DNA of 64,000 nt from the human T2T-CHM13v2.0 reference genome, Homo sapiens (GCF_009914755.1 NC_060932.1), one strand, 5' to 3'. Counted from the stretch's first letter, positions 1 to 13,180 are shown. Translations and numbers: made by a program. The notes: generated by a model from the sequence alone, not told the origin.

Positions 1-673
1 AAGTTTTTATTTGAAAAATAATGATGTGTTTGGTGATGAACAAGTACCGTAAATGGGAAGCATGGGAAGTTTCCACTCTTTAAGAATGTTTCTATGCAAA
101 GGAGGAAGGAAAGCTTACTTTTTGTGGTTCTTCAGAGAGATTACATTAACCATTTGTTGAAAGTTTCATTTATGAACAACATTGGCTTCTAAGAGTATTC
201 TTCACACACTGGCATCCTTTGTATGATGTTGTTGTAGGTTGTTTAGCAACATATCAAAATAGTTATATAAAAAGATTAATATGTGTTTCATTAATCCTAA
301 GGAGAGCTTTCTGAAATTCATTTTTAAAAATAAATGATTAGCATCATTCTTTGAAATTTGTGACTTCTGAGGGTGGGAAAGAATTAAAAAAGAAGCTATC
401 TTTTCAAGCAGTTTGTGATTTAATACCAGCTGGTCAAGTGAGTTGAAAAACCTTATGATTTTTATGTTATATTATTTTGAATGCCTTTTCACTCTCTTGG
501 GAAGTTGGCTAACCCCACAGTCCTTTTCCCATGGTAAATGGCTCTAAAACTTTGATCTTCTTATACCAGTTTGCCAGATGTAGCAGAAAGAGCATGTATG
601 TGACCTTTCCTGTGCCAATTCAACCCAGCTGATGGGAAACTGTAAGTTAATCTTGCATGACTTTTATTTCTAG

Positions 674-881
674 GCATTACAGCAGAAGTTCTGGTGGTGA
701 CCTCTTTCGATGAACTGCAGAGAAGGGCCTCAGAAGCAAGAGGGAAGATTGTTGTTTATAACCAACCTTACATCAACTACTCAAGGACGGTGCAATACCG
801 AACGCAGGGGGCGGTGGAAGCTGCCAAGGTGGGGGCTTTGGCATCTCTCATTCGATCCGTGGCCTCCTTCTCCATCTACAG
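674..881 (+). CDS. CPQ: Carboxypeptidase Q internal coding exon (probably exon 3), PA-domain region, 208 nt, phase 1 to phase 2
   Basis: Acceptor cttttatttctag|GC (AG 672-673); donor ACAG|gtttgt (GT 882-883). Translates (G)ITAEVLVVTSFDELQRRASEARGKIVVYNQPYINYSRTVQYRTQGAVEAAKVGALASLIRSVASFSIY(S), with PA-like GKIVV and GA-A-LIRS motifs and an NYS sequon. Locally CpG/GC-richer than the flanks. Confidence 0.97.
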
Positions 882-1303
882 GTTTGTCACAATGTTCATT
901 TGAATTCCTTTCAAAAACAAGGGTTTTCCGTGAAGGAAAAGTCCTTATGAAGTAAAAACAAACCATTCAAATGAAAATACTTATTGTTCATGGAGTTTCC
1001 CCCCCAAACACACACACCCATTCCACATTTGGTCATTTGTTTGTAATATCTTCTTTGGCTTTTCTGGATTCCAAGCATCACTTGTGCATTCCTTTAAAAA
1101 GCTTTAAGGCTTTTCACATCCACAGTGATCCCATTACATTCCTTATATAACTAATATATTATGTATTTTCATTGGAGGAAGAACTGCGTTCATGTCTGCA
1201 TTTCATCAAAGATTCCTAATGACTTCAGAGGGAGCCAGCCTGTTTTCCATGTTGCTAGAGAAGTGGAGTAAAAAGAGAGTGGGTGACATGATGGGGGCCA
1301 TCT

Positions 1304-1522
1304 ATGGTATAGTGAAGAGTTAGGGAATTAGAGGAACTTGGATACAGACTTGGCTCTGCTCCCAAACAACTAGGTGGTCTTAGGAATGTTTCTTAAACTT
1401 CTCTAGGCCTCATAATTTTCTTCTGTTAACCAGGGGTAAAGAATAATAATAAATGTACAAAATAATTTTGAGATTAAATGAGGTCAACTTGAAAAAGATA
1501 CTTAATTATCTGTAAATGATTA
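1304..1522 (+). mobile_element. MIR SINE, diverged
   Basis: MIR core-like cttaaacttctctaggcctc...ttctgttaa...gagattaaatgagg. Confidence 0.7.
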
Positions 1523-2699
1523 TCTACAAAGGTCCATATAAATATTTGGTAATATTGTTTGAGAGTAACATAGGACTTGTCTTTTTCTTTGTAGTTTTGA
1601 TTGAGGTAATGCCAAATAACTTTATTGGCCCTCAGTCCTAGGATGAAATTCAGTATTACAGTGGATAAAAAGTCTAAAAACTGAGATGTAGATGTTCAGC
1701 CTAGTTTAATAGCTATTATGGCAGTGTCATACGTTAAGGATAAAATATTTGAGAAACATGGGGAAAAGAAGCATAACTTTAGTGTGATAGCCTGGCCTAA
1801 GATTTTTTTAAAATGCAAAAATAATAGCAGATAGGGTTTATTTGGGTCTCCGGATTGGATTTTTAATATCTATTGGAAAGGGAAGTTTATTTATTCTGCA
1901 CAATTGCTATTTGGAACTGGAGACACAGCTGCTTGACCTTAATTAGCACCCTACACCCCTGAAAATAAAAATAACTGGGGAACATATGTCAGCAGCTAGG
2001 AAATCCAGTCAGAGGAAAGTTGTACAAAAGTGCAGGGAAAAGGAAAGAGACATTTTCCTTATACAGGGATAAGATATCTTCCCAGGGGAGGAGGATGGGG
2101 CATGTTAAAACTACATGTTAGAAAGTTATACGACTAGTTACATTGATGTCATAGTGCTAAAAATAATGTTCTTTGCGGGGTCTTTAGAGGTTTCAAGACT
2201 AGTGAAATAATGATTGCACCATATTCTTTTGGATGATTAAGCTTCCCAGGAGGGAAGTCCTAAAATGGCTAGCTTACTTCCCATAATACCTCCATCACCC
2301 CTTGGAATAACATATTCAGCAAGCTGTGGCCATTCACCATGATTTCACGGTCATGAGACTTAAATTATGGAGCTGGTCTGTTGCTTTGTGAAACTGGGTG
2401 ATTGCCAGAAACCTTTATTTAAGAACTACTACTCATAAGACTAATAAATTCCCAAATGATTTAATGCACAGTAATTTGTCAGGATTCACTGGCATTTTTT
2501 TTTTTTTTTCTGGCATAATGAAGACATCTGGAAACCCAAGCTACAACTTAGGAGTACCAGTAGAATTGTCCAGCAAGGGACTTCAGAATCTGTTGCTAGC
2601 CTCTAAGACTGATTATAATGTTTCACTGATTTTATAGCCAATCCATATTTCACTGGACTCTTAACTTGTATAATTCTATTCTTTCAACATTTATAAATA

Positions 2700-2870
2700 C
2701 ATAATAACATTGGACTTTACATAGCACTTTAGAATCTTTCCCATGTTACTTTATTTGCTCTGACAACAATTCAGTGGCTCATGCAGAAGGGTCATTATTA
2801 GCCCTATTTTATTGATAGGGAAATAAAAGTTCAGACAATTAGACATATTAACATGTTTAAGTTTTGCATC
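2700..2870 (-). mobile_element. MIR SINE fragment
   Basis: tattagccctattttattgatagggaaataaaagttcaga resembles the reverse MIR core. Confidence 0.6.
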
Positions 2871-3014
2871 CTAAGAAATAAAAACGAAAATAAAATGAGA
2901 TAAACTATGTTTGTCTACTTCTAGCTTATTGTTTTTAGAACCAAATTTCTTTGATGAGTATTCTATATTCCTACCTCTAATTCCTCACCTTTCATTTGCT
3001 CTTCAGACTATTAT

Positions 3015-3890
3015 AGCCTGGCTTTTGCCAATACTGAAACAGGACTTGTTAAGGTCGCAAATAACTGCCTACGTGTCAAATTTAATGGACATTTTTCAGG
3101 CCATCATCTTACTTCACTTTTATGAAGCACTTGCCTCCATCAACTGCATTTTCAGTGTTTCTTCTCTTTGGCTTCCATGACTTCTTTCTCATGTTTTCTC
3201 TCTCTTTCTTGCTTGCTGTCACTCTCACTCTCTTCTCTATTCCTTCCCTATATCTCTGGCTTCTCACTGTGACTGTTTGACCTGTGTATCCTCATCATGC
3301 TCCTATGAATGCGGTTCATACTTGTGAAGATGTGACTTGAACCACAATCTACATTGTGGCCATTTCCAAACCCCTCTCTCCCATCCATACCACTGCCGCC
3401 AGCTCTAGGCCTATATATTCACCTGCCTGTGGATTCTTCTCTGGGATGTTCCATAGCTATTTCAGTTTCAATTTTTTTCAAAATTGACCTCATCCTTCAT
3501 CTTCTAAGTCACATGGTCCTTTATTGCTTTTTTCTCTTTCTGTGTCCATCATTTCTAACAGACACTGAGTCTCTTAGGTTCTGCTCCTTATCAGTCATTT
3601 CAACAATTACACACGGAACAGCTCCATTTCCCAGCATGACTCCACATTCCAGCAGTCAGCAATCACTAACACTTTTCCCACGCACCACGTTTCCTCAAAG
3701 TGTTGTGACTTTGCATATGCTTTCTCCTCTGCAACCCTCCATTTCCCTTCTCACTGCCACACACTTATGAGTTTCTTCCTCTGGGGATCCCTCCCTGATA
3801 TCCACTTGTAGCCCAGGTGAGTTACCTCTTTTTTGGTATTTCCACATACATCGTTCTGTGCATGCTCTGTATCATAATGTCTTGGAAGTA
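3015..3890 (+). mobile_element. L2 LINE remnant (interrupted by MLT1; 3' end continues at ~4310-4447)
   Basis: L2-like blocks actgaaacaggacttgttaaggtc...aatggacatttttcag, ctctttggcttccatgac, tgactttgcatatgctttctcctctgc. Confidence 0.7.
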
Positions 3891-3891
3891 T

Positions 3892-4309
3892 TGATAGTTT
3901 TGGTTCGTGCTTTGGTAGAGTAGACTAACTGTTGTAACAAACAGCTTCAAATCTCAGTCACTTCACACAATAGGAGTCTTTTGCATGTTCACATAATGGT
4001 TTCAAGGGGGTGGTCAGAATGTGGCCTTCTGCTCCTTTCCATCTGTGGCTCTATCATTTTTGAGATCTGAGTTCTCTGCAGAGTCTTCTGCATTCATCTG
4101 ACGCATAAGGGGATAGAGAGAGAAAGTCGATAACCTAGAGGGAGATTTTCCATGGTTATCCATATCTAGGCCTGGATATGGCACACCTCACTTCTGCTGA
4201 CATTCTATTGGGCAGAATGCTATTACATGGAGGCTAGGAAATTTGGCCTATCTTTATGTCCAGGGTGAAAGGAAAGTGAATTTGGTGAAATACTGCCCAG
4301 TCTGCCCCA
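3892..4309 (-). mobile_element. MaLR solo LTR, MLT1J/K/L-like
   Basis: ctgttgtaacaaacagcttcaaatctcagt... and cacttctgctgacattctattgggcagaa...ggaggctaggaaat are typical reverse MLT1 blocks. Confidence 0.7.
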
Positions 4310-4447
4310 ATTGCCTGTCTCCACACTAGACTCTAAGTTCCAGAAAGACATTGATTACGTGTATTTTTTAACCTCTGGATTCCTATCATCTAGTATAATG
4401 TTTGAAACATGGTAATAACTTAGGAAATGTCTACGGAAGGAATGAAT
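4310..4447 (+). mobile_element. L2 3' terminus
   Basis: tgtctccacactagactctaagttcc...acatggtaataacttaggaaatgtc...aatgaat. Confidence 0.75.
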
Positions 4448-4788
4448 TTGTCTGAGGATGTAGAGTAAATCATGGCAGGGCTCTCGTAACAAACCAGCTG
4501 ACCCGGTTCCTGGTGCTCTTTGTCCGAACTATGTAACCCATGTATAGTAAGTTTGAAACAACTTGAACTTTTAGGGTACTTTGCTCTGCATTTGGAGGAA
4601 AATATTCAGATGCCCAATATGCCAGATTATACATTTTTTCTGCCACTACACTTATGAACAAAGATGTTTTGAGTTGCTGATTAAGGAAAATAGCTCCCTT
4701 CTCTCTGAAAAGCATTTCACCTCTATGGGAGTGGGTGATACTGGATTTCATCTAAAAATATTATAGAGGTCAGCAACACTAGAGAACA

Positions 4789-4816
4789 TTATATTATATA
4801 TATATATATATATTAT
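4789..4816. repeat. Short imperfect (TA)n microsatellite
   Basis: ttatattatatatatatatatatattat. Confidence 0.9.
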
Positions 4817-5510
4817 GATTTGTTGCTGTTGGATTCAAAATTTGAGAATCCCCTGGAGGGTAGTTTGATTTGACCAGTTTGATTGGACACTTTGTGGTGT
4901 AATCATCAATATCATCAGCCATTTTGGGTCTGCAGTGGTCACACAGTTGCATGACAGATGTCCTGAAAAAATGTCCATTGCTTGTTGTCAGCATCGTCTC
5001 CAGGTTCATTATTGTTATTCTCTGTGTTGCCATTATTAGTGTTCTTGGGCTCAACTTTACTTCTAGGAGATATTCCCTTTATTAATGCTTTTCTAATGAC
5101 ACTTCTTTCCATCACCATTATCAACTGAGACCCCCCCATTAGAGCTTTTTTAGTTTTTCTGATGGTAAAATACCTTTCTTTGCTTTTGTCCTGGGAAATA
5201 TGTTTTAAGAATAAATGCAATTAATTAGAGATTTAAGTCCCACAGAGGAAAGCTTCTCTATGGAACAATTTGTCTTGCATTATTTCTCTAATTTATCATA
5301 TTGTTTAGTACATATTTCTTGAGAGCTTCCTAGTTGCTCAGAAATTTCCGAGTACTAGGATTACTAAGGTGAATTCCATGTGTTTTTTGTCCTCAAGAAA
5401 TATTTTTATGTAGCCAAAAGAGAAGGGGGTAAGAACATGTAAGTGATTAGTGTTATTTATTTTATATTTAGTGCTAAGTGAATGATTGGGGGAAAGGGAT
5501 AAAGAAAGGA

Positions 5511-5742
5511 AATTACTATTTATTAAGCACCAACTTTGTACTATTCTAAAGGGTTAAAGAGTTTGTCTCAATTAATTCTTTATGTAACCCAATAGAAGTA
5601 GATACTGTATTGGTATCTCTTTTACTGAAGGAGAGACAGGTTCAGAATGATTAATGGCTTATCATGCTACACATCTAATGAAAGAACTAGGATTCAAACT
5701 CAGAGTCTCTGGCTCTAACTTCCATGCTGTTAGATTGTACCA
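5511..5742 (-). mobile_element. MIR SINE, near full length
   Basis: tatttattaagcacc...ttttactgaaggagagacaggttcaga...ctaggattcaaactcag. Confidence 0.8.
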
Positions 5743-5769
5743 AGCAACCTGGAGAGCTAATGCTATAGG

Positions 5770-6530
5770 AATCTAGAGGAGATAACAGAAATCTGATTGG
5801 GGTTGGTTGCACTGACAATGTGGATTTGGGGTGTGTTCAATAAAAAGGCAGAATTGACCAAGAGAAAGGAGGTGGAAAGACTCTCTGTAAATATCAAAGC
5901 AAGGTGGGACTGCATGATATATTTGGGTAAAACACAAGCAGATCAGTTTAGCTGGAGCCAGGCCTCCTAGGGGGTCAGAGAAATGCAATTCTGGGGTGAG
6001 AGGAAGAGACCAGGCTTGAAGAATTCAGGGTAGCAGATTAGGCAGTTTTAAGTCTAATGTGGAGGAAATGGAGAACCATGGAATGTGTTAAAGATATGGG
6101 GTGAATTTTACAGCAGTGGTTCTTGAAGTGTGGTCCCTGGAATAGCAACATCAACCTATCTAGGAGCTTATTGATGTGCAAATTATTAGGCCCCACCTAA
6201 TACCCGTTGTATCAGAAAAGCTAAGGGTGGGGTCCAGCAATCTGGTTTAACAAGCCCTCCAGGTGATTCTGATACACATTAAAGTTTAAGAACTACTGTT
6301 TTAGAAAGATCAATTTGGCCATTGTGCATAGCATGCATTAGACAGGGAAGGACAGGTTACTCCTCTAATAATGCAGATATGAAGTAATGAGGGCATAGAT
6401 GATGGCAATTGGAATGGAAAGAAATCAGCAGGAGGCATAGTATGAGAACATTAGAACTTGGGGATTGATTGTATTCAAAGGGGGAAGGAGTAGGGGTCCA
6501 AGTTGATAGGCAAGGATTAAAATCTATGGG
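5770..6530 (-). mobile_element. L2 remnant interrupted by MER5A
   Basis: Purine-rich reverse L2 blocks (aatggagaaccatggaatgtg; ttttagaaagatcaatttggcc; gaacttggggattgatt). Confidence 0.65.
6114..6298. mobile_element. MER5A hAT-Charlie MITE
   Basis: TIRs cagtggttct...agaactactg; internal tttaacaagccctccaggtgattctga; 8-bp TSD-like ttttacag / ttttagaa (6/8). Confidence 0.9.
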
Positions 6531-6539
6531 ATGAATCTG

Positions 6540-6690
6540 TATTTAGTTCAGCCCAAAATTTAAAAATCTTAAGTTTCAAATAACAATAAGGATTTGTGGT
6601 TTTAGAGAAAAACCAGATTTGGTGATATATCTTGTATGTTCCATTGGGCAAACTTCAGCTGAGCAGATTAGCCATCAAATTCTTCTTGTT
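6540..6690 (+). mobile_element. Charlie4/MER102-like hAT fragment
   Basis: atttaaaaatc...aaaaccagatttgg...cagctgagcag resembles recalled MER102; very diverged. Confidence 0.4.
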
Positions 6691-8429
6691 GATGGGATGT
6701 CCCCCCTCTTATCTGCCAAGTTTTCCCCTCTTTTTTTATATACTTTATTCATTTATGTTGCCTATTCGAGTCCTGTAGATATTTGAGCTGATGATCCCTG
6801 CTCTAAGGATCCCAGCTTGGGGACAGGAGAATAAGAAATGTAGGGGTCGGGAGAGGGAGCTGGCTTGGAGGGAAACCAGCCAGTTTGGTTTCTAGACATT
6901 TTGAGTCCGAGGCAACTGTAAGATAGTCCCATTAATCTGGTCTTTATATTTTGCAAGAAAAACAGTTCAGCATTTCCATTTCTCTGTTGTCCGCTTTTTA
7001 GATCACCCAAGGCAGTTTAAAATTCTAGGCTGGCTTTCTTGCAATACCTTGGGACTTCTGCCTCCTGCTTTCTTAGCATGCGAGCTCAAGAATGCAAAGT
7101 AATTTTTATATTAGCCCATGTAAAATATAATTCAAAAGGTAACTCTACTGAGGCCAAACTGTTTGTTGTATTCCCACTGCCACACATACATTTTTTCCTA
7201 GTTATTTTCTCCATTGCCCCAGATAGTTGAACAGGGACTGCGACTTTTAATCAGCTAAGGAAGCAAAAGACTTTCTCTTCACTTTACTGTGAAAATTGCA
7301 TCACCACACTGGGTATGAACTCATTGAGGTGGGAATGAGTTGTTGATAGGGCTTGGCTTTGGAAATACTACTGGCTGATGTTTTATATCACTTGGCCTTT
7401 GTGTACTGTATTGACAGAGTATAGTGAAGAGGAGGAGGAAGAGGAGCAATTTAGTTTGAAGATGACTAAGAGCTGATTAAACATTCAGCTGGGGAGAGAG
7501 ATGAGTGAATCCAGGTGATGTTTATGGAGTGTCAGAGAGGGAGAATGCTATACCATCTGGTGAGAGAGACATGAAAAAGTACATAAATCAATCTCTATAA
7601 TGATACTTAATTAATACAGAGTTGATAAATGACATAATTGAAGCAATGGGTGGGCTACATCATAGAGTTAAATAGCTTCAAAGAGGGTGCTGATTAAAGC
7701 CATTACAATTTATAAAACATTCTTCATGTTAAGAAAGCATCTTGATGAGATTTCACATGAACATTTTGTAATCAGAGGGCCAGCTTAAAACACTCAGAGC
7801 AGAGGTGAAATGTCTTAAGAGGTCTATTTTGGATGATTTTTGAAAACCAGTTATTCTCAGGGAATAAAAAAGCTTGCTTTCCCCACTCCCTTTGTTTTTT
7901 AATGGGAAAAAAATTAATGTTGCATTCTTCACCTTTAGACAATCTCAGATTTTTGATGTCCTGGTGGTTTGGTTCTTAAGCATGACCTTAAGATAATTAG
8001 CTATCAAGCTTCATTTAAATTGTTTTGAAATATCATTGCAATTTGGGGAGCATATGTGCCTGCTGGTGAAAAATAAGGAAAATACCACTGGGACTCAAAA
8101 ACTGTACAAGTGACTCACCTCGATTAGTAGGCTTATTTTGTTTTTGCTTAACTCACTCTGAAGCTCATAACAGATGCACAGTAATCAAGCAGAATGCCAA
8201 TTCTCATCATTCATGCAGGTGGAGGGCCACTGTGCTCCCAAGGGGGAACCAGAGAAGACCCACAACAAACACTGCGTTTTTTCTTCTCATCATCCTTTCT
8301 TTTCCCCCTTTCTGATTTTTGGAAGGTACATTCTTTGTTTGGAAAGCCTTTGTTAGAAATTCCAAAATGTTCTTTAATCACTGGATTCTTATTATTGTAT
8401 CAGGTAGTGTGACAGGCATGCTTCCTCAT

Positions 8430-8992
8430 AATGGATAGAGCCAGGCAATGTATTTTGGAGCCCGCATTCTGGAGACTCCATGCCTGTGTCTTTGTTCAGC
8501 CACTTGCCAGATGTGCCTCATTGGTGCCTCAGTTTCATCTGTAAAATGGGGGAAATATCTTCTTTGTTTTTCTTCCTGGAGTTTTGAGGGTTTTCTTTTT
8601 TTGTTTCATTTTGTTTTTGTTTTTCTGAGGCAGAGTTTTGCTCTTGTTGCCCAGGCTGCAGTGCAAATGGCATGAGTTCGGCTCACTGCTACCTCCGCCT
8701 CCCGGGTTCAAGCGATTCTCCGGTCTCAGCCTCCTGAGTGGCTGGGATTACAGGCACCCGCCACCACGTCCAGCTAATTTTTTGTATTTTTGGTAGAGAT
8801 GGAGAGTCACCATGTTGGCCAGGCTGGTCTTGAACTCTCGACCTCAGGTGATCTGCCCGCCTTGGCTCCCAAAGTACTGAGATTACAGGTGTGAGCCACT
8901 GAGCCTGGCCTTTTGTGGGGTTTAAAAGCAGTAATGTTATTAATGCCTGACCTATAGTAAGTTTTAAGTACATGTAAAGTTGCTACTATTAT
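8430..8992 (+). mobile_element. MIR SINE split by an Alu insertion
   Basis: gtgcctcagtttcatctgtaaaatgggg before the Alu; MIR 3' part (tgcctgacctatagtaag...gctactattat) after it. Confidence 0.75.
8591..8910 (-). mobile_element. Alu, AluSq/Sp-like, full length
   Basis: T-rich tail, gagttttgctcttgttgcccaggc, ends gagcctggcc; TSD-like ttttgagggttt / ttttgtggggttt. Confidence 0.95.
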
Positions 8993-9029
8993 ACAGTCTT
9001 ATTAACTATTGACTGGACATAGTTATTGA

Positions 9030-9137
9030 ATGAAAAGGAGGAAGGGAGGGAAGCAGGTAATCAGGGAGGGATTGAGGGAAGGAAGAAAGAGAAGAAAGGA
9101 AAGAAAGAAGAAGGAAGGAAGGAAGAAGAAAGAAGAG
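9030..9137. repeat. GA-rich low-complexity tract (GGAA/GAAA mix)
   Basis: Long nearly pure purine run, uninterrupted from ~9074 to 9137. Confidence 0.9.
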
Positions 9138-9257
9138 CTTGATTTAGTTAATGTCACTGTTGTAATTGGTGGATTATAATTGAAGCTGTCTGGTTGGGAG
9201 ACAAACCCTATGCCATTTAGATCTCTGTCTGTTCAGTTTGTCCAAACTCTGCTGGGG

Positions 9258-9386
9258 TTATGTATTTACTAGTCTGTCTCCCTTTTTGGATTGGCAATTC
9301 TGCAGACAGACTGTGTGTCTTACTCATCTGGGTATCGCCAGGGCTGTGCTCTATACCTGGCACACAGTAGTGCTGGAATAAATAAA
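9258..9386 (+). mobile_element. L2 3' terminus
   Basis: gtctgtctccc...cctggcacacagtagtgctggaataaataaa. Confidence 0.75.
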
Positions 9387-10129
9387 GAGCTGGAAGCAGC
9401 ACATCCCTTTCTCTAACATGTAAATTCAAGGTGTCACCATTTCACATTCATAGACATTGAATAATAATGTAGATGAGGTGACTAACCTTTTGAATTGCTA
9501 CTCATCAAAAATGGAATCTCTGGAATCTGAGAGGAGACTATATAGTTATGTAAATTTCGGCAAAGTATTGCAAACTCCATATTACTATGGTGCTTTGTGG
9601 GGCTGCTATAATTAATGGTCTGTTTGCATTTCTAGTACAGGCTGTCATTTTTCATCTGCTTATAACCTTGATATAAACATTTATTCTTGGCTGCTATTTT
9701 GCATTCATAATTGTAAAATATATATAAACGTTAACCTTCTGTTTTTCAGCTTTTTTATTTATCAAAAGCACAGCTCAAGAATCACATCATTGTGGCATGT
9801 TTTTCTGAATCTCTAGTGGCAAAAAGAAATGAATGCATTTTGAATTCAGGCTTCAGGATTAAGGCAATGTTGTTTGCTTATGCAGTGCCCTTTGAAAAAT
9901 GTGTAATGTAGCATATGAACCAAAAGAATCCTGAGAAACTTTTTCCAGCCGGTCTTTTTCTATTACTTATGCCTTTTTTATCCCTCTGTGTTCCTCCCCA
10001 CCTCTGTCATCAGTTCAAGATGACTCTTAAAGTCCTCTTGCATCCATCCAAATGACCCATTGGCCTCTTTAGGTGCCTGGAGAAAGTACCAGCAAAGGTA
10101 TTTGTTGGAGTCTATCAAAGGTAACAATA

Positions 10130-10350
10130 CATAGAGTGGGTTTCAAAATCAGACAGGCTGGGTTCTATTGTTGGCTCTCCCATTTAGATGCTGTGTGACC
10201 TTATGTACATTAAACAACCAGTGTGAGCCTGTTTTCTCATCTGTAACATGTGGAGAACAATGTTTACCTCATAGAGTTGTTGAGAGAATTAAATGAAATC
10301 AAGCCCTTGATACAGACTGAAACATGGGAAGTGATTGATGAAATATAACT
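10130..10350 (+). mobile_element. MIR SINE
   Basis: gctgtgtgacctt...gagcctgttttctcatctgtaa...ttacctcatagagttgttgagagaattaaatga. Confidence 0.85.
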
Positions 10351-10721
10351 GACGTCTTATCTTGGCCATGGTCATTATTATCACTGTCATCATTAGATAG
10401 TGATGGGACTAAGCTAGGTAGGTTGACATGAGCTGACTTATCTTAAAAGGCACCAGCTCTAGATAGAGCCCTCCTCAGTGTTCAAAGACTCAAAAGACTT
10501 GGGTTCTGTTTATCTCCCGATTTCGGGAGCCCACTCTCCTTAGTCTCCCTCAGTCATTGACTAAAAACTATGCACTTGTCTTTTCCATTCTCTCTATCCT
10601 CATGTTAAATGCTTGATATTGTTCTTGCAAGCTGTACCAAAGTTGTGGTGGCCCAAATCAGTATCAGTGGCCAGCTTACCCAAAATGCAGCAAATATTCT
10701 ATTTCAAACAATACCCAAGAT

Positions 10722-11113
10722 ATTTTCCACCTCAGGGCCTTTGCACTCACTGTCCCCTTTGTCTGGAATGCTGTTTCCCTGCTTTGTGTATGGTTGGCTC
10801 TGTTTCAATCTTTACATTTTAACTGAAAGGTTCTTTTTGTGAAAAGCCTTTCCTGACTATACTAAGTAGAGTAGCACTCTCCCTCAAACTCTCTCACACA
10901 TAATCTCCTCTGTATGCACAGAATCCTAATTATATTTGGTAATTTATGTCTATCTACCTACCTACCTATCTAGTTTTCAGCATGTACTTCTGCATAAAAA
11001 TATAAATTGCATGAGGACTGGAACTGTGTCTTTCGTGTACCTCATTGTATTCTCAGTACCTAGGAGATTGCTGGCACAGGGCAGGTACTTAAGAGATATT
11101 GATTGAATAAATA
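10722..11113 (+). mobile_element. L2a-like 3' end
   Basis: cctcagggcctttgcact...tctggaatgct...gctggcacagggcaggtactt...gattgaataaataa. Confidence 0.85.
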
Positions 11114-11224
11114 ACTATTTTAAAAATCATCTAAGACAATAGAGAACCAATTAAACAGATACATACTGTATTATAGCTATTTTTCTGAAGCCACATTCTA
11201 AAGCACCACAGATTTTTTTCTCAA

Positions 11225-11380
11225 TTTTTTGTTTTGTTTTGTTTTGAGACAGGGTCTTGCTCTGTTGCCCAGGCTGGAGTACAGTGGCATGATCATGGCT
11301 CACTGCATCCTTCACCCCCTGGGACCACAGACACAAGGCACAATGCCTGTCTATTTTTTAAAAAAAATTTTAGTAGAGAT
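11225..11380 (-). mobile_element. Truncated AluJ/FRAM-like right arm with internal deletion
   Basis: gagacagggtcttgctctgttgcccaggctggagtacagtggcatgatcatggctcactgca; ends at ttttagtagagat. Confidence 0.85.
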
Positions 11381-11489
11381 TTTTGTGGAAAAATATAAAT
11401 CTATAGTAAGGCTGAAAGAATAGTAAATGACTCATTTACTCTTCTGAGATCAGACAAGATCTCAGTGTGGTATGGCCATAGATGTGACT

Positions 11490-12229
<740 letters not shown>

Positions 12230-12230
<1 letters not shown>

Positions 12231-13180
12231 TCTTTTATATGCATCTACATTCATTACTCAATATTTTGCCACATTTGCTTTCTCTCTCTCTCTCTCTGTT
12301 TCTGGATCATTTGAAAGTAAGGTTGTTATAACACTGAAAACATTTCACCCATAAATATATAAGCATGTATTCATAAGAGCAAGGACCACCTCTAACATAA
12401 CTGTAATATCTTTGTCATGCCTAAGAAATTTAGCATTGCTATAGAAATATTATTTAATTTAAAATTCATCCATATTCAGATTTTCCCAATTGTTTCCCCC
12501 AGTAATGTTGTTGATCTTTTCTTTCTGAATTCCATAATCCAATCAAGGACATACATTACATTTAGTTGTCATAAAGCTTTAGTCTCCTTATATCTAAAAT
12601 TGCTCCCTAGTCTTTTTAGTATTTTATGACACTAACATTTTCAAAGAATATAAGGGAGTTATTTTGCACAATGACTCTCAGTTTGGAGTTGTTCCTCATT
12701 ATTAGATTCACGTTAAATATATTTGGCAAGGGTTCTATATGGATAATGTCATGCCCCTCATTGCATCACATAAGGAAACAAATAATGTCACTTTTCCTTA
12801 TTGGTGAGACCAAATTTGATCACTTGTCTAAGGCATTATCTCTGGATTTCTTTATTGAAAGGTAGCATTCCACCTTTGTAGAGGAAATACATTGCAATTA
12901 TTGTGGGATGCTCTTGAGACTTTGTGAATCTTAAGTTCTTTAACAAAATTTCACCCAGTGAGATTTTAACATCCGTTGATGACCCCTGCCTGAATCAATC
13001 ATTGTACTGGAAGTTGCAAATGTTTTTCTAATTCAATTATTTCTATTACAATTATTTGCTGTGTGCTTTTGTAATAAAGAGCATCTGCCTCCTTTTCCTT
13101 CTTTTTGTTTCTGATGATCACTTCATGGGTTTTTAAAAAATGTATGTGATAAAATTCATTACTATCATCATTCTTTTTGA
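12230..13180 (-). mobile_element. L1MC4/5-like 3' UTR remnant
   Basis: aatattttgccacatttgct...atcatttgaaagtaag...ttacatttagttgtcat...tttgatcacttgtctaagg...cctgaatcaatcatt. Confidence 0.7.

Noticed and set aside
694-903. Track ORFs 694-903 and 45408-45767 as stand-alone genes
   Set aside because: They are the CPQ exons plus intronic read-through; the true limits are the splice sites.
3354-3770. 138-aa ORF
   Set aside because: Lies in pyrimidine-rich L2 remnant, non-ATG start, low-complexity S/L/P/F composition, no recognisable domain.
4794-5220. Minus-strand ORFs of 86 and 93 aa as a possible pseudogene
   Set aside because: No protein family recognised, no poly(A) or TSD, non-ATG starts.
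9074-9137. GGAA microsatellite as an EWS-FLI1-type enhancer or H-DNA element
   Set aside because: Only about three consecutive GGAA units in an irregular purine tract; ordinary low-complexity DNA.
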